Below the pieces are notes generated by a model. That model was not told the DNA's origin. It saw nothing but the letters and a program-made list of their open reading frames with translations, and ran no database searches. The position numbers and the translations under genes are program-made. A stretch of 64,000 nucleotides of DNA, taken from the NCBI GenBank assembly GCA_905178155.1, contig CAJINV010000004.1:10895655-10959654 (forward strand). Reading direction: 5' to 3'. Position 1 is the first letter of the stretch, and each line of letters opens with the position of its first letter. This DNA comes from Amoebophrya sp. A120 (taxonomy: Eukaryota > Protista > Dinoflagellata). Shown here piece by piece: positions 24,954 through 38,885 of the stretch.

Positions 24954-27929
24954 ATGGGCATGGGTTCGGCCGGTGGCGGTGCCGCCACGGTCCCGCTCCG
25001 GACAAAAGGCGGGGTTCGCGATTACATGACCTGCGGCCTCTACTCGTGGACGGGAAGTTTGTCCTCGACCTACGGCTTCCACCTGCTCGTCCTGATCTTC
25101 ACCGGGCACCACATTTTGAAGGGTTTTGTTGGCGGCGGCGGGTCTGGGGGGATTGTCGGCGCGGGGATGGAGTATCACTTCCGAGATCATAAGGTACTAC
25201 AGGTGCTGATAGATTAATACCGATTGCGTCCTCGCTTAGCGCTCGCGTATGCATGACAGATCCCCACACGACCCACCCTGCTCTGATTCTCTTTCAGGTT
25301 TCCGGTTCCAGCCTTCAGATTTACCAGTCCGTCGCCTCCCTCCCTTGGTCGATCAAAGCCATCATGGGCCTCGTTTCCGACTCCTTCCCCATGTACGGCC
25401 GGTACTACAAAGCCCCCTACGTCGCCTTCACGACCATGGTCGCCTGTGGCTGCTACCTGTTCGTCGGAAGTCATTTCGTCAGCGTGCAAATCAGCACAAT
25501 CTGCTTCTTTTTCGCGTTTTTCCAGATGTCGCTCGCGGACCTGATGATCGAGGCGAAGTACGTATCCACAGAAAAAAACCCATCCACATCCAATTTGTCA
25601 TGCAAAACACGTATCAAATCACGTGTTTGTCATGCAAAAAACGGATATGGATGGTTTTTTTTTCTGTGGATAGTACGCGGAGCAAGTGAAAAAACACCCC
25701 GAGAAAGGCCCGGACTTGATCTCCTTCGTCTGGGGCGGGATGTCGTTGTGGACGCTTTTATCCACCGTGATCGTCGGGTATTTGATCGAGAACCTCGGGG
25801 CGGACAGCTGTTTTCTCTTCGCCCTGCCGTTTGCGGCTTTGATCTTACTCCCAACCCTCGGCGATTACTTCGAAGAGGGCGCGGAGTACGACGAGCAGAG
25901 ACTACGCGAGCAGCAGGAACACGAGGAACAGATGGAGGCCTACGCGGAATATGTATTGCAAAAGCATCGTACTAGCATCAATCGCAATACAAATTTTTTC
26001 ACAAAGAAAAATGGAGTTTGTAATGCTGATTTGGCCATGAAAGCAGATTTGTCATGCATGATTGCAATCAGTATCAGTACGAGTGCGATACTTTTGCAGA
26101 GCATACGGAGCAGCAGCCGACCATTGAGTCTGAGACAACGCGACTCGCCGATTCCGGCGCCGCGTCGCAGGCGAGCGACTACAAGGCAGCCGACACGTAT
26201 GGAAGCGTCAGGTTTGAAATCGTCAAAGTTGAAATAAGTTGTAATGCATAAGATGCATGACCCGAGGCACGTGCGTTGGAGAGCAGGCAAGTGAGGCCGA
26301 TTGTGAGCCTGTTTGGGGTTACAGCTCGAGCTGCTAAAGTAGCATGAGAAAATCACTCCTCTTTGCCTAAACAGCATGACAAACTGGACTTGGGGACCAC
26401 CGAAATTTGTCTTGCGCGACTTGGAAACTGGGTTCCAACTGGCATCCATTTAATGCATGACAAATTATTTCAACTTTGTCGATTTATTCAACTCCGACGC
26501 TTCCATAACACGGCGAGCGCCGCGGTCGCACTTCAAAGGACCAGTCCGCAACTACCGCTTAACAGCGCGTCGTCTTCCCCAGAAGACAATACCGCATTAG
26601 TAGTACCAGGTGGAGGAAGTGCTGGTGCTCGTCCACCTTCCAGCTTGGTGAGAAGCGAACCCGAGGGGGAAAACGCGATAGCGAGTCAACGAACCAGCAC
26701 ATCCTCCGTGAAAAACAGCCAGCACTTGCTGCAAATTGAGGAGAACAGACCGATCTTCTACCTCGCGATTTTCATGGGCATTTCCGGCATTACCACCGCC
26801 GCGTTCTCCGTGCTAGTCACGTCAAAAATCCTGAATTTCATCGTCGCCTACGGCCTGGGCCTGACCGTGCTTTTCGGGTTCTCCGTCTTCCTCCGTCCGA
26901 TCGTCGCCAAAATGAACGCGTTTTTCTTCATTCAGAACGTGCTCGCGGTCTCCGTGCACGGGGCGGCGTTCTACTTCTTCACCGACACGCCCGAGCAATA
27001 CCCCGACGGGCCGCATTTCGAGCCGCATTTCTACATCTCCGTGATCGGGATCGTCGCTTCGGTGTTTAGTTTGATCGGGATGACGACCTACAACATGTAC
27101 GCCAAAGAGTGGAACTACCAAACAATCCTGATGTACAGCAACATTGTCGCCATGTTCCTGCAGTTGGTCAACTGCATCGTGTTTTTGCGCTGGAACGTGA
27201 AGATGGGCATACCGGATTCGTACTTCATGGTCTGCTCCACGGGGATCACCAGTGCGGTGTTTCAGTTTGGGTACATTAATGAATATGGGACTGGTGTTGA
27301 TCTTTTTAGGCACTACATTTCTTGTGTTGTTGTCCTCGCTTGATGAGCTCATGTCTCGCCTTCTGATGTTTGTGTTGATGTCGAGACTATGCTTTCTCAG
27401 TGTTACCACCAATATCAACAGCTGGATGCCTGGTACCGTCATGCTCGCGCAGATGGTTCCCCGCGGCTTGGAGTCCACGATGTACGCCTTACTCGCTGGC
27501 AGCTTTAACATGTCGACCATGATGTCCAATTACAGTGGCGCGCTCCTGCTCGAACTCCTCAATTGCCGACCCAACGGCAGCAAGAACGAGGGGAAGGAGT
27601 TCGAGTACCTCTGGGTGGGCGCGCTGGTCGGGTCCGCGCTGCCGTGCGTCACGCTGTTCGCAATACCGTATTTGATTCCGAACGCGAAACAAACGGAGAA
27701 ACTGTTGGTGGAAAACCCGGAAAGCCCGACGATTGGGTCGGTCTACAGTCGGTATTTGAAAGGCAGGTACGGGCGGTTAGTCGACGACCCGAGCAGCGCA
27801 CCACCAGGGGGCGGCGGGGCGGAGGTCCTGGTTGTAAACAGGGGGGAGCAGGAGGAGAATCACCGTGTGGTGTCTCCGGTGCTGGGGCGACAACGCAGTC
27901 CGGTTGCTGCGGGGGAGAATGCGGTGTGA
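24954..27929 (+). CDS. Folate-biopterin transporter (BT1/FBT family, MFS), ~709 aa; exons 24954-25193, 25298-25562, 25678-25949, 26111-26197, 26513-27270, 27422-27929
   Basis: Family motifs LPWSIKAIMGLVSDSFPMYGRYYKAPY, GPHFEPHFY and WMPGTVMLAQMVPRGLESTMYALLAG, with many TM segments. Two GT-AG introns and three TIR elements must be removed for one open frame. Confidence 0.88.
25563..25672. mobile_element. TIR introner/MITE, family D (110 bp)
   Basis: TATCCACAGAAAAAAACCCATCCACATCC...GGATATGGATGGTTTTTTTTTCTGTGGATA. Direct repeat GTACG. Removal gives EAKY-AEQVKKHP. Confidence 0.93.
25950..26105. mobile_element. TIR introner/MITE, family E copy 1 (156 bp)
   Basis: TATGTATTGCAAAAGCATCGTACT...AGTGCGATACTTTTGCAGAGCATA. 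Direct repeat CGGAA/CGGAG. Removal gives YAE-QQPTIE. Reverse-complement homologue of 31792-31933. Confidence 0.88.
26198..26507. mobile_element. TIR introner/MITE, family F (310 bp)
   Basis: TATGGAAGCGTC...CAAAGTTGAAATAA / TTATTTCAACTTTG...GACGCTTCCATA. Direct repeat ACACG. Removal gives AADT-ASAAVAL. Confidence 0.92.
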
Positions 27930-28569
27930 CGAGGTGACGAGGTCAACACGACGGTAGCACTGTCCGTAGTACCGTCGTCGTGAGTGTCATCAGCGCCGTC
28001 TGGTCTGGCTTTGGCTTCGAAGAAGTGCTTGCGGAAGAAGGTCAGGCTTCGTTGCCCGGGGATGCGACGGTGATGTGTTGATGATTTCGATTTGTTCCTA
28101 GGAATACAGTCTTGATGTTTCGACTGCGGCTGCCGTTTGCATTTTTTTTGGCAGTGGGAGGCAGAGGCTTACTGGGTTGACAGATAGAAACGTGAAATGA
28201 ACTACTTGATGTTGGAAAAATTAGTTCTACCTATATATAATGATAATCACTTGAGAATACAAAGAACCGCTGAGGAAAATGATTCCAAAATTGATTGTAT
28301 GGACCTGCAAGCGTAATCCATTGGACTGCCGGGAAACGGCGGCCTGAATCTGGTAAACAGCAGCCATGGAAGCACCACGTGCGCGGCTTGCTTGTTCTGG
28401 AAAAGCACATGCTCTGCGACCCTGCCGGAGTTGTGTTTTCCTAACACGAGACGAGGGGCCGGCGGCATTGAGTGATTCTATTTTATGTCCCGAGAAGAGT
28501 TTGTGGCCTTGAAGGCACCAGAAAGTTGTTGTTCGGAGCGTGAGGTGGATTGTTCCTAGTTCTCTCTTC

Positions 28570-29440
28570 AGCAGACGGCGAGTGGGACTTGGCTCAGTAG
28601 TGACGCAGACCGAATGAGTGAAGGGAGTCGGCCGCTGCCGTGCAGATCCATCCGCTTCGTGCGCACTTGCCGGGGCCTTCCCCGCATGTTTCGCCGGAAG
28701 GTGGCGGGCGCCCGCTTCGTCGCGTCGTCGGCGATCGGAGCACGGGCGCGCGCGTGGTGGGGGCGATCTGCAAAAGACCTCCAGTAAAGCACCGGGCTGC
28801 AGGGGGCCGGCCAGATCGGGGGGCCAAAGTACACTACTGGCTTGCAGCGGGGGCCGCCTTCTCAACTGGCAGGCCCTTACTGCGCCTGGAGCGGCCTCTG
28901 CGCACGAACGTCTCCTCCACCGAAACACAGGAGAGCCCTCTCGCGCGGTATGTTGCTGAGCACGCGAGCAGCCACGTAGCGCAACCGGTGCGGCCCCCGA
29001 CATTGCAAACCCCCACCACCGCGCGCCCGCGCCGCGGGCGCTCGCTTCCATCGATCCTTGCGCGGGCCAGCCTGCTGCTGGCAAAGCCGGCCGCCAGCGC
29101 CTGGGCCCGCGCCGCGGGCCCAGGCGGAAACCAGAGGAGGACCCCACCGGGCCTCTCTTTGTTCGGTCGCTTCATCTCGTCGCCGGGCCCGCCCAAGTTG
29201 CGCCCCAGGATTGGGGGGGCTCTGTTGGGTAAGCCCGCAAGCAGAACTCGCAGCACGCAGTTGCTGTTGGCGCACCTCGGCGCTTTTATGTTTCAGCGCC
29301 AGCCAGGCGGGCTCGTCATCGTGGGCGCGCATGTGGCGCCGCCGGTGTTGCTACGCCTCCCCAGCTTGTCAGAGGTTGCGCCGCACGGGGAAGTAGCCAA
29401 GCGGAAAGTCGAGGTCGAGGACAATGCCCCTGGTCTGTTT
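28570..29440. other. GC-rich intergenic island 3
   Basis: GC/CpG-rich block upstream of the archaemetzincin gene. Boundaries approximate. Confidence 0.55.
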
Positions 29441-29855
29441 TGCAGTCGTCCGCAGGATAATTGTTCTTTGTGGTTGTTCTTTGTGGCAGTGTGTCCGCTA
29501 TGCTGAGTTGGTGACTGTTTCGATGGTCCTGGTCGGCAGAGCCCGCATGCACTTGGCCGAGTCGGCGCGTATGAATGCTTCATGTGTTGAACGCATGAAG
29601 CAGAGACTCCTGTTGCAAGCGCACTGAGCTGAGTTGTCTTGCGTGCTTATCAAGCGAGGGAGGCAGTCAGGAGGAAGTTCAGCGGGTGAGAGTCTACGAA
29701 AGAGAGCGCTTGTTCGATGTGCTTGTGCATTGAAAAAGAAGCGGTCTGAGTCTTGATACCGTGGCGAGGCAGCTATTCGTGCTCCGTCCCCATCAACACC
29801 CGGCTCGACGTCCTTGGTCGCTAAAACCAAGCACACAACCAATCCTCGCTCATCC

Positions 29856-32479
29856 ATGGCCCTCTCTCCCAAGTTGGAATGGAAGGCCATCCTGAACGAC
29901 TCGCCGCCGCGCCGGCGGAGCAGTGTGGACGCCTCTTGCAGTCCCGTGATGCGGTTCCGCGCCACGGCGCACGCGATCGGCCCGCCCGGATCATCCAAGA
30001 CAGATTTCTCCTATCATGGAGGAACAACTCTCACGGCCGCAGGGCTGCAGAAGAAGCAGATGGAAGCGTTTCGACTGGCTTCCGCAGCGTCCTCGCCCAA
30101 CAGCACGGGCGGAGCGAAGCAGTGCCTCGTCGTGGACCTGAACGCACTAAACCCTGCGACACATCAGCATGATGTCATCCCACAGTCCTTGCCAGTGCGG
30201 CGGCTGTTGCCACAGGTACCATTGTTTTGTCATCTGTTATTAGAAGTACCAGTCCGCACCACGACCTGCAGGAACAGGCACAAGTGCCATATGCTTGACT
30301 CGGTGAAGTAGAACTCACGCGTTTTCATTTGTTCAAACTTTGGTTTCTTCACGAGCTAAACGCACTTCGACAGAAGTAAGCGCGAACTACAACCTCGACC
30401 TACCAGGCCGTGCAACGATACCGGCTTCAAGGTGGCGGAAGCTCGGGCTCTTCCGCAACTCCGCTCCAAATTTATCTCCGCGCAGACGCATCTCTAGATG
30501 AGGCGCCTTGGCAACCGAAGAGCACAAAAGTGGCGCCGCCGCACAACTGGCAACGGGAAATGTCGGTGGAGCAAGCGGGGTTGTTACACGACATTCCATC
30601 ACAGTACTTGGAGGTACTTCCAGACGTGGTTAGTACCGGTAGTTCAAAAACGTCGGGGGCCGCAGCTGCATCTCGGTCTTCCTCCTCCTCGCCAAGCAAG
30701 AAAGCGGGCAATAAAAAACGGCTGGACGCCCTTCTGGTGAAAACGAGAACGGAAAACGTTTCGGAAGATTTCAGTGGGATACCGAAGGCCGGGCCGAATG
30801 ACTGGAACGCTTTGCACGACGAAGAGGGCCAGAACGTTGCCGAGTTCGTGGAGCGCGTGGTATCACGACGGTCAAGACCGGTTGCGCGATCGGGAAACAA
30901 CAAGCCAGTACAACGGGCGAAGATCTTCCTCCTCCCTTGCGGAACAGGGTCGAGTTTCACTGTCGCACCGCACAAAAACCAGGCAATGAGCTCTGCATCG
31001 GCACCTGCGTCAGCAGGAGCAAACTCCACTGTTAGTCGTGCCAGTAAGCAATCAGGCTTCGCCGGGCCGTTCGGCGGCTTTGTGCAAAAAACCACCAGTG
31101 CTAGCGTCTCGCCAAGCAAAACCGCCGCGCGTTTTCGGAGCGCCAGTCGTTCTTCGACGAGTTCTCCGGATGCGAAACTACGCATGCGCGCAACGGCAGC
31201 TTCGAGCAGTGGTGCTGGTTCGCAAACGCAACAGCATTCGGAGCAGGAAACTTCTTCCACGAGATCCTCCAGCATCCCGGCATCTTCACAAGCACGGGGC
31301 CGGAACACGAACACGCGAAACAGAGCTGGGACTCTGCCGGGCGAGGATAATTTGGAATACGATGCGAAGGCCTTTTTAGAACAGCTTCGCCAGTACTGCG
31401 AAGCTTTTTTCACTAACGCAACAGTCTCTCTTCTCCCCTACCAACGGTTCACGGACGTGCAAACGCGCCTGACGGGAGGGAATACGATGAACAGTCCGAC
31501 CGTGAAGCAGCTCCACGCGGGGGAATTGCTGAAAAAGCACCTGATACCGCTGAAAAAGCGCAATGGGTTTTCAACATCTACGGGCGACACTAATGCGGAC
31601 GACGACAGCTCTTGTGCGCCCTACGCGGTTATGGCGATCACCTACGAGGATCTGTATCCCTGTGAGGACTGGCCCTTCGTATCTGGTCTCTCCGACACCT
31701 TGCAGCGCGTCGGGGTCTGTTCGATTGCGAGGTACGTACTTTACCCGGACGACATGCCCCTCCTCGGCGGGTATTGCTATTTGAAACTCCTTATCCTGTG
31801 CAAAAGTATCGTACTCGTACTAATTGCAAACGTGCATGACAAATATTTTTCCTATGGCAAAACAGCATTACTTTCCTTTTTGCCAAAATTTGTCATGCAA
31901 TTTATACTTAGTACGATACTTTTGCAATGCATACCCTTGAAACGCACGTTCCGCTTGATCACGCACGAGCTGTGCCACTGCTTCCAGATGAAGCACTGCG
32001 TCTACTTCAGCTGCCTGATGAACGGGTCCAAAAATTTTCATGAGGCCGAGCAGAAGTTCTTCGATTTGTGCCCGGTGTGCCTGACGAAGCTGTACTTCAT
32101 GCTGGAAATGGACGTCCAGGAGCGGTACAGGAAGCTGCACCACTGCGTCGGGAGTTGCAAGCGGAAGGCATGTTCGAGTTCTACGTTGGGTTCTTTTACT
32201 TGCAGCTCGTCTGCAGCGATCAGTACTGGGGCGTATGAAACAGCTTCAGCAGCTGCTAATACAACAACTTCTGCTGCAGCGAAAAGAGCAACCGGTTGTT
32301 CTGCTGATGTCGTCTTCGAGTGTGACGCACCGGCTGCTGCGCTTGGAATCGTCGGCGATGGCAGTGATTATGGCGGAACGTTGGGAAGAAGCGCACTGTG
32401 CCCGTCGGAGGTGAACGCGACTAATCGTGTTCTTGCATCGTGGACTGCATGGTGGGAAAGGAGACTTGCAATGTTTTGA
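29856..32479 (+). CDS. Archaemetzincin-like zinc metalloprotease (peptidase M54), ~761 aa; exons 29856-30215, 30407-31791, 31939-32479
   Basis: Motifs PKAGPNDW...H.E.GQ, AITYEDLYP..DWPFVSG, VGVCSIARY, and THELCHCFQMKHCVYFSCLMNGS...DLCPVCLTKL (HEXXH plus the Cys-rich C-terminus of AMZ1/AMZ2-type proteins). Confidence 0.85.
31792..31933. mobile_element. TIR introner/MITE, family E copy 2 (142 bp, inverted relative to copy 1, stop-free in frame)
   Basis: TATCCTGTGCAAAAGTATCGTACT...AGTACGATACTTTTGCAATGCATA. Degenerate direct repeat CTCCT/CCCTT. Removal gives YLKLLKRTFRLITHELCH, the normal archaemetzincin active-site helix. Confidence 0.85.
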
Positions 32480-32937
32480 CGCATCAGGTTCAGGCGCAAT
32501 GCAGTTTGTAATACTTCTAACTTCTCGCTGCAGGAGGATGAAGACCTCGCTGCGTAAGGCATGACTAAAGATTGTGTTTCAATACGTGTTCATCAACATT
32601 TGAAGGCTTATTTTGGACTCAGGAACACGAACACATAGAATCAGCCTCCAATTCTCAAACAAGTGATGAGCCACTCTTTCTTTGCGACTGAGTGTGAGTT
32701 GTAAAAACGAGCCGCAACGAAAGCGGATCAGGTTCGATGCAAGCTTTTTTCTATGGGAATACGTAACTCATAGATCATCATAAGCAAAAGAAAGTCAGTT
32801 GTGTAGCAGGAGCGACAAAAGGCGGATTGGTACGCCAAAAAAATGTAAGCTCGGCCCAGGAGCGGGTCGGGCGTGCCAGCAGTGGATCCCTTTAGGACAA
32901 AAGGGACTCCACTGATTGTGAATTTATCCACACCGCG

Positions 32938-35155
32938 ATGAAGCCCCCCATCCATGCGAGCGGGTCCTCGTTCGTGGCGCATCTTCCAGCTGCGCCGCCA
33001 CCATCCGGAACCGACCGGCTGGGCTTCGCGAGATTCGCTGAGCTTAATCGGCTGTACCCGATCATCTTCGTTTTGGGCACGACCATCTACGTCTGGACTG
33101 TGTACGCGGCGTGCTACCTCGTTCCCAGTCTCGGCTTCCCGCAGCACACCATATTTGAGCCCGGGGTGACTGTGACAGCAGAGGGGAAATTTACGGCGCA
33201 GGTATATGCAAGTCTTACTGGTCGTGCGCTTCTCAGTTTGCCAAATTCGTATATTCTGTTTTTCGTGATGAACATGACGTGTGGTGGGACTGGGAGCAAA
33301 ACCTCCTTCTGAACTAGCGTGGCCTTGTACTTGTTCCAGGGACGGTGATGTCGAATGTACTTCTACGCACTTTAGATGAACAAACCCTCGTCCTCCAGGT
33401 CCAAGGATGGTTTTTTCTTGCGTCCACTCTGCTGTTCCTGCACAGCTATGCCAACGCGATATTCACGGAGCCTGGGTTCATTCCCGACAGCCGCGCGTGG
33501 CGGATGCACGCCAACAACGACGGCAGTGAACTTGCTCCCTTCCTGATCGAGAAAAAGAAGGACGGGTTACTCCGGCACTGCAAGTGGTGCGCCAAGTACA
33601 AACCGGACCGCGCGCACCACTGCCGCGTGTTGGGGAAGTGCGTGTTGAAAATGGACCACCACTGTCCCTGGATCTGCAACACGGTTGGGTTCTACAACCA
33701 CAAATATTTCATGCTGATCCTCTTCTACGCCACGTGCTGCCTGTGGATTCTCTTCTTCAGCCTCCAGCCCTTCATTCGGCAGATCATCACGGAGTCGGCG
33801 ACCGGGATGATGGAACTTCCCGCGGTCTCGCTGTTCCTGCTGATTTTCGCGGCCAGCATCGGGTTTCTGTTGGGAATCGTGGTGACTTCGTTCTTCGCGT
33901 TCCATTTGTACCTGGTTTCGATTAACTCCACGACAATTGAATTCTGCGAGAAGCAGGGCCAGTGGGAGATGCAGGATCAGTTCGAGTTGCTCGGCGCGGT
34001 TTCGCGGGCAACGGAAGAGCCGGTCTGTGGCGGGAACGCGGATTCAAGGTTCGACTTGGGGTGTTTTGCGAATTTCAAGGCAGCGTACGGGGAGAACTTT
34101 TTTTGCTGGTGTCTGCCGTTCACGGGGCCGGAAGGTAGAAAAAGATAAACAAGGTTTGGATGGTGTGATTTTGGCCTTTATTGTGTTTGTTGGATTTCCA
34201 TTCTTGCAGTTGCATAACGATGGACTAGGCATCAATAATTGGTTTTCAGAAGAACAATGATGTTGATCAGAACAAGGGAGTGCCATTATGTTGATTTACG
34301 TAATCCACCCCGACTTCACCAGATGACGGCATCATCTACCCGCATAACCGGTTCCAAGGCGGGAGTTTAAGCAATGCGGCAACGAGCGGAACAAGTAGCA
34401 ATCGAACCACCGACCAGCCACTGTTGCAGATGAGCAGCGGGATAAGCACGACGCGGCGGTCGGATGCTAGGAAGAACAAGAAGGATAAGAACAGAGAGAA
34501 ACAGAATTCTGCTGCAAAGATGAAGCAAATCGAGGAAGAGGACAAAGCAGCAATTACGGCGGATCAGTTCTTCGCTAGGACCGATGCATCTCCATCGGCG
34601 CTTGGGCCGGTTGTAGTTCCTCCGTCCGGCAAAAATAAAGAGAACATGAAGTCAGCACATCTCCTTCCTACCGCACAAGGAGTAGCTCATAACATAGCCG
34701 AAGCCTCGCTCGCGAAGGTAGAGATTACCGACGGGGGCAAGATTTTTGAGAACGGGCACTACGAGGGGGTGCACAATTTGATGAGTTCGGTGGGGGTGAA
34801 TAAAGGGGCAGGAGCTCCGACCGTATTAGCAGGAGACGGCGGTGTGATCGATGAGGAAGATACGCCAGACAGTTCTGCAGCTTGCGCCCCGTCCTCCAGC
34901 AGAAATCCGACCTCGTTCTCCCATCGCAGTGGAGGTTTAGAAGTGCAAGAAGAAGAAGAAGAACTACAGAGGGCGACGTCCGCAGCAGAGCAAACATCTA
35001 CATCTTCCGCGGCACCAGCTGCACGGGGTCGACAGCGATTCACTGCGTCTGTCCTGGCAACCACGAAAGACGAGGAGCTATACTCCACCTCCGAGACTCG
35101 TTCGAAGTCGACTGCGTACCCGAGCAGCTCGTCCGCCAACAAGAAAAAAAAGTAA
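32938..35155 (+). CDS. DHHC-type palmitoyl acyltransferase, ~610 aa; exons 32938-33201, 33399-34134, 34323-35155 (extreme 3' end uncertain)
   Basis: CKWCAKYKPDRAHHCRVLGKCVLKMDHHCPWICNTVGFYNHKYF, TTIE motif, FDLGCFANFKAAYG, and DGIIYP. GT-AG introns 33202-33398 and 34135-34322. Confidence 0.92.
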
Positions 35156-35686
35156 AAATAAAAAAAAAAGACAAAAAAAAAAAAAAAAGAAAGAAAAGCT
35201 ATATAAAAAAAAAAAAAAATAGAAAACTAATACAAAAAAAAATATTTAAAAATAGAAAAAATAAAAAACAAAAAAAATCAAAAAAGAAAAGAAAAAAGAA
35301 TTAAAAAAAAAAAAAAAAATAAAAAAAAAAAAAAATTTATAAATAGAATAAAAAATAAAAAACAAAAAAAAAGAAAAAAAGAACAAAAACAAAGAAAAAA
35401 GAAAAACAGAAAAAAAACAAAAACAAAAAAAATTTAAAATACAAATAAACAATAAAAAGAATAAAAAAAAAAAGAAAATCAAAAAAAAAAGAAAAAACAA
35501 AAGAAAAAAGAAATAAGAAAAGAAAAAAACAAAAAAAAAAAAAAAAAAAAAAAAACAGAAAATACAAAAAAAAAAAGAAAAAATAAAAAAAAAAAAAGAA
35601 ATAAAACTAAAAAAAAAAAAAAAAAGAAAACAAAAGAATAAAGAAAAAAAAAAAAAAAAAAACAGAATAAAAATGAAAAAAAGACA

Positions 35687-35721
<35 letters not shown>

Positions 35722-37111
35722 AAAATAAAAGATCAAAAACACCAAAAAAAACAAGAACAAATATTAAACAAGAAAAAAATACAGAATATACTAGAGATAA
35801 AAAAAAAACGAATAAAAAGAAAAAAGAAAAAAAAAAAAAAAGAAGACAAAAAAAACAAAAAAAACTACAACAAAGAATACAAAAACGAAAAAAACCAAAA
35901 AAACAACAAATAAAAGAAAGCAAAAAACAAAAAAAAAAACAAAAACAATACAAAAGAAAAAAAAAAAAAAAACAACAAGAAAAAATATTACACAGGAAAG
36001 AAAAAAAAAAACAAAAAGAAAGAAAACAAAAAAGTAAAAATAAAAAAAAAAAAAAAAAAAAAAAAACAGAAAAAAAAAAGATAAAAAGAAGAAAAAGAAA
36101 AATTATAGAAAAACCAAAAAACAGAAAGTAATAATGATAAAGAAAAAAAAAAAAAAAAAAACAAAAAAAAAAAAAAGAAAAAGAAATAAACAAAAACAAA
36201 AAAAAAAAAAGCAAAAAATAACAACTCAGAAGAAAAAATAAAAAAAGAAAAGCAAAAAAAAAAAGACAAAAAAAATAAAAATAGACAAAAACAAACAAAA
36301 CAAAAAAAAAAAAAAATAACAAAAGAAAAAAAAAAGCAAGAAAAAAAAAAAACAAAAAAAAAAACAAAGAAAAAAAATAAAAAAAAAAAACAAAAGAGTA
36401 AAGAAGGAAACGAAAAAGAAAAAAAAGAAACACAAAAAAACAATAAAATAAATAAAACAAAAAAAAAAAAAAGAAAAAAAAAAGTGACAAAATAGAAAAA
36501 AAAAAAAAAAGAATATAAAAAGAAAAAAATAAAAAAGAAAATTCAAAAAACAAATTAACAAAATACAATGAAAAAAAAAAAAAAAAAAAAAACAAACAAA
36601 CATAAAAATCAAAAATTAAAAAAAAAAAACAAATATGCAATGAAAAAAAAAGAAAAAAAAAGAAAAAAGAAAAAAACGAAAAAAAAAAACGAAAAAAAGA
36701 AAAAAAAAAAAATAAAAGAAAAAAAAAAAAAAAAAAATAAAAAATAAAAAAAAAAAAAAAAAAAAAAACAAAAAAAAAAACAAAATAAGCATAACAAATT
36801 TAAAAAAATAAGTAAGTAAAACAAAAAAATAAACAAAAAAAAAAACAATAAAAGACAAAAAATATAATAAAAATCAAAAACATAAAATAAAAAAAAAAAA
36901 GGACAAAAACAAAAATAAAAAAAAAAAAAATAAAAAACAAACTAAAAAAGAACAAAAAACAAAAAAATATAATAAAAAACAAAAACAAAAAAAACAACCA
37001 AAAGAAAAAACAAAAAAGTAAAAAAAAAAAAAAAAAAAAAACATAAAAAGAAATAAAATAAAAATTAAAAAAAACAAAAAAAAACAAAAATAAAGAAACA
37101 AAAATAAAAAA

Positions 37112-37153
<42 letters not shown>

Positions 37154-37214
37154 CATAAAAACAAAAAAAAAAATAGAAAGAAATAGAAAAAAAAAAAAAA
37201 AAAAAAAAAAAATA

Positions 37215-37256
<42 letters not shown>

Positions 37257-38853
37257 CAAAAAAAAAATAAAAACAAAACGCACAACTACAAAAAAAAAAA
37301 AAATAGAACAATAAAAAACAAAAAAATAAAAATAAAAAAAGAAAATAAAAGGAAAAATAAAAAAAAAAAAAAAAAAAAAATAGAAAACTAAAAAAAAAAA
37401 AAGATTAAAAAACTGCAAATAACAAAAAAAAACAACAAAAAAAAAAGAAAGAGAAAAAAAAAACAAATAAAAAAAACAATGAAAAAGAAAGAACAAAAAA
37501 AAAAAAAAGAAAAAATAAAAAAGTAAAAAGAAAAAAGATTAAACAAAAAAGAACAAAAAAAGAAAAAAAACCAAAAAAAAAAATAACAAAACAACAAAAA
37601 AAACAAAATAAAACAAAAGAAAAAAAGAATTAGAATTAAAAAGAAAAAAATATGAATAAAAAAAAAGAAAAAAAAAACACAAAATAAATAAGAAAACACA
37701 AAAAAAATTAACAAAAAAAAAAAAAACGCAAAACAAAAAAATAAAAAAAAACAAAACAAACACAAAAATAAAAAACAACTACATAAAAAAAACAAAAAGA
37801 AACTGAAATAAAAAAATAAAAAGAAAAAAAAAAAAAAAAAAAAAAAAGCAAAAAAACTCCACGAAAAAAAAAAAAAACGAATAACAAAAAAAAGAAAAAA
37901 GCAAATGAAGAAAAAAACAAAAAAAAAAAAGAAAATAAAAAAGAAAAACCAAAAAAAGAATACATTAAAAAGTAATACAAGCAATAAAAAGAAGAACAAA
38001 ACGAAAAAAAAAAACAAGATAGAGGAAAATGAAACAAAGAAGAAAAAGAAAAGATAAAAAAAAAAAAAAAAAAAAAAAAAGAAAAAAGAAAAAAAATACA
38101 AAAAAAAAGAAAAGAATGAGAAAAAAAAAAAAAAAAGCGAAATAAAAAAAAAAAAAAGATAAAAAAAAAAAAAAAAAAAAAAAAACGAGAACAAAAATAA
38201 AAAAGAAAAAAAAAAAAAAAAATAAACGAAAAAAAAGAAAAAAGAAAAAGCAAAAGACAAAACAAAAGAGACAAAAAAAACAAAAAAAACAACAACAACA
38301 GCAACAAAAAAAAAAAAAAAATTACAATCAAAAAAAACAGGAAAAAAAAAAAAGAAAAAACCGAACAAGAAAAACAAAAAAAGGAAAAAAAAAAAAGTAA
38401 AAGAAAAGAAAAAAAAAAAAAACATGAAAAACAAGAAAAGAAATAAAAAAAATAAAATACAAAAATAGCAAAAAAGAACAGAAGATTAAAGAAAAAGAAA
38501 AAATTATAAAAAAAAAAAAAATAAAATATAGAAAAAAAAAAAAAAAAAAGCATAAAAAAAAAACAAAAAAAAAAAAAAAAAATAAAAATAAAAAAAAAAA
38601 ACAAAATAAAAAAAGAAAAACGAATAATAGAAAAGCAAAAAAGAAAGAAAATAAAGAAAGAACAAAGAAAAAAAAATAAAAAAAAGAAAAAGAAAAGATG
38701 AAAGAAAAAAAAATTAAACAAAAAAATTTTCAAAAAAAAAAAAAAAAAAAAATAAAAAACATAAAAAAAAAAAACAAATAAAATAATAATAAAAAAAAAC
38801 AATAAAAAAAAAAATAAAAAAAAAAAAAAAAATAAAAATAGTAAAAAAGAAAG

Positions 38854-38885
<32 letters not shown>

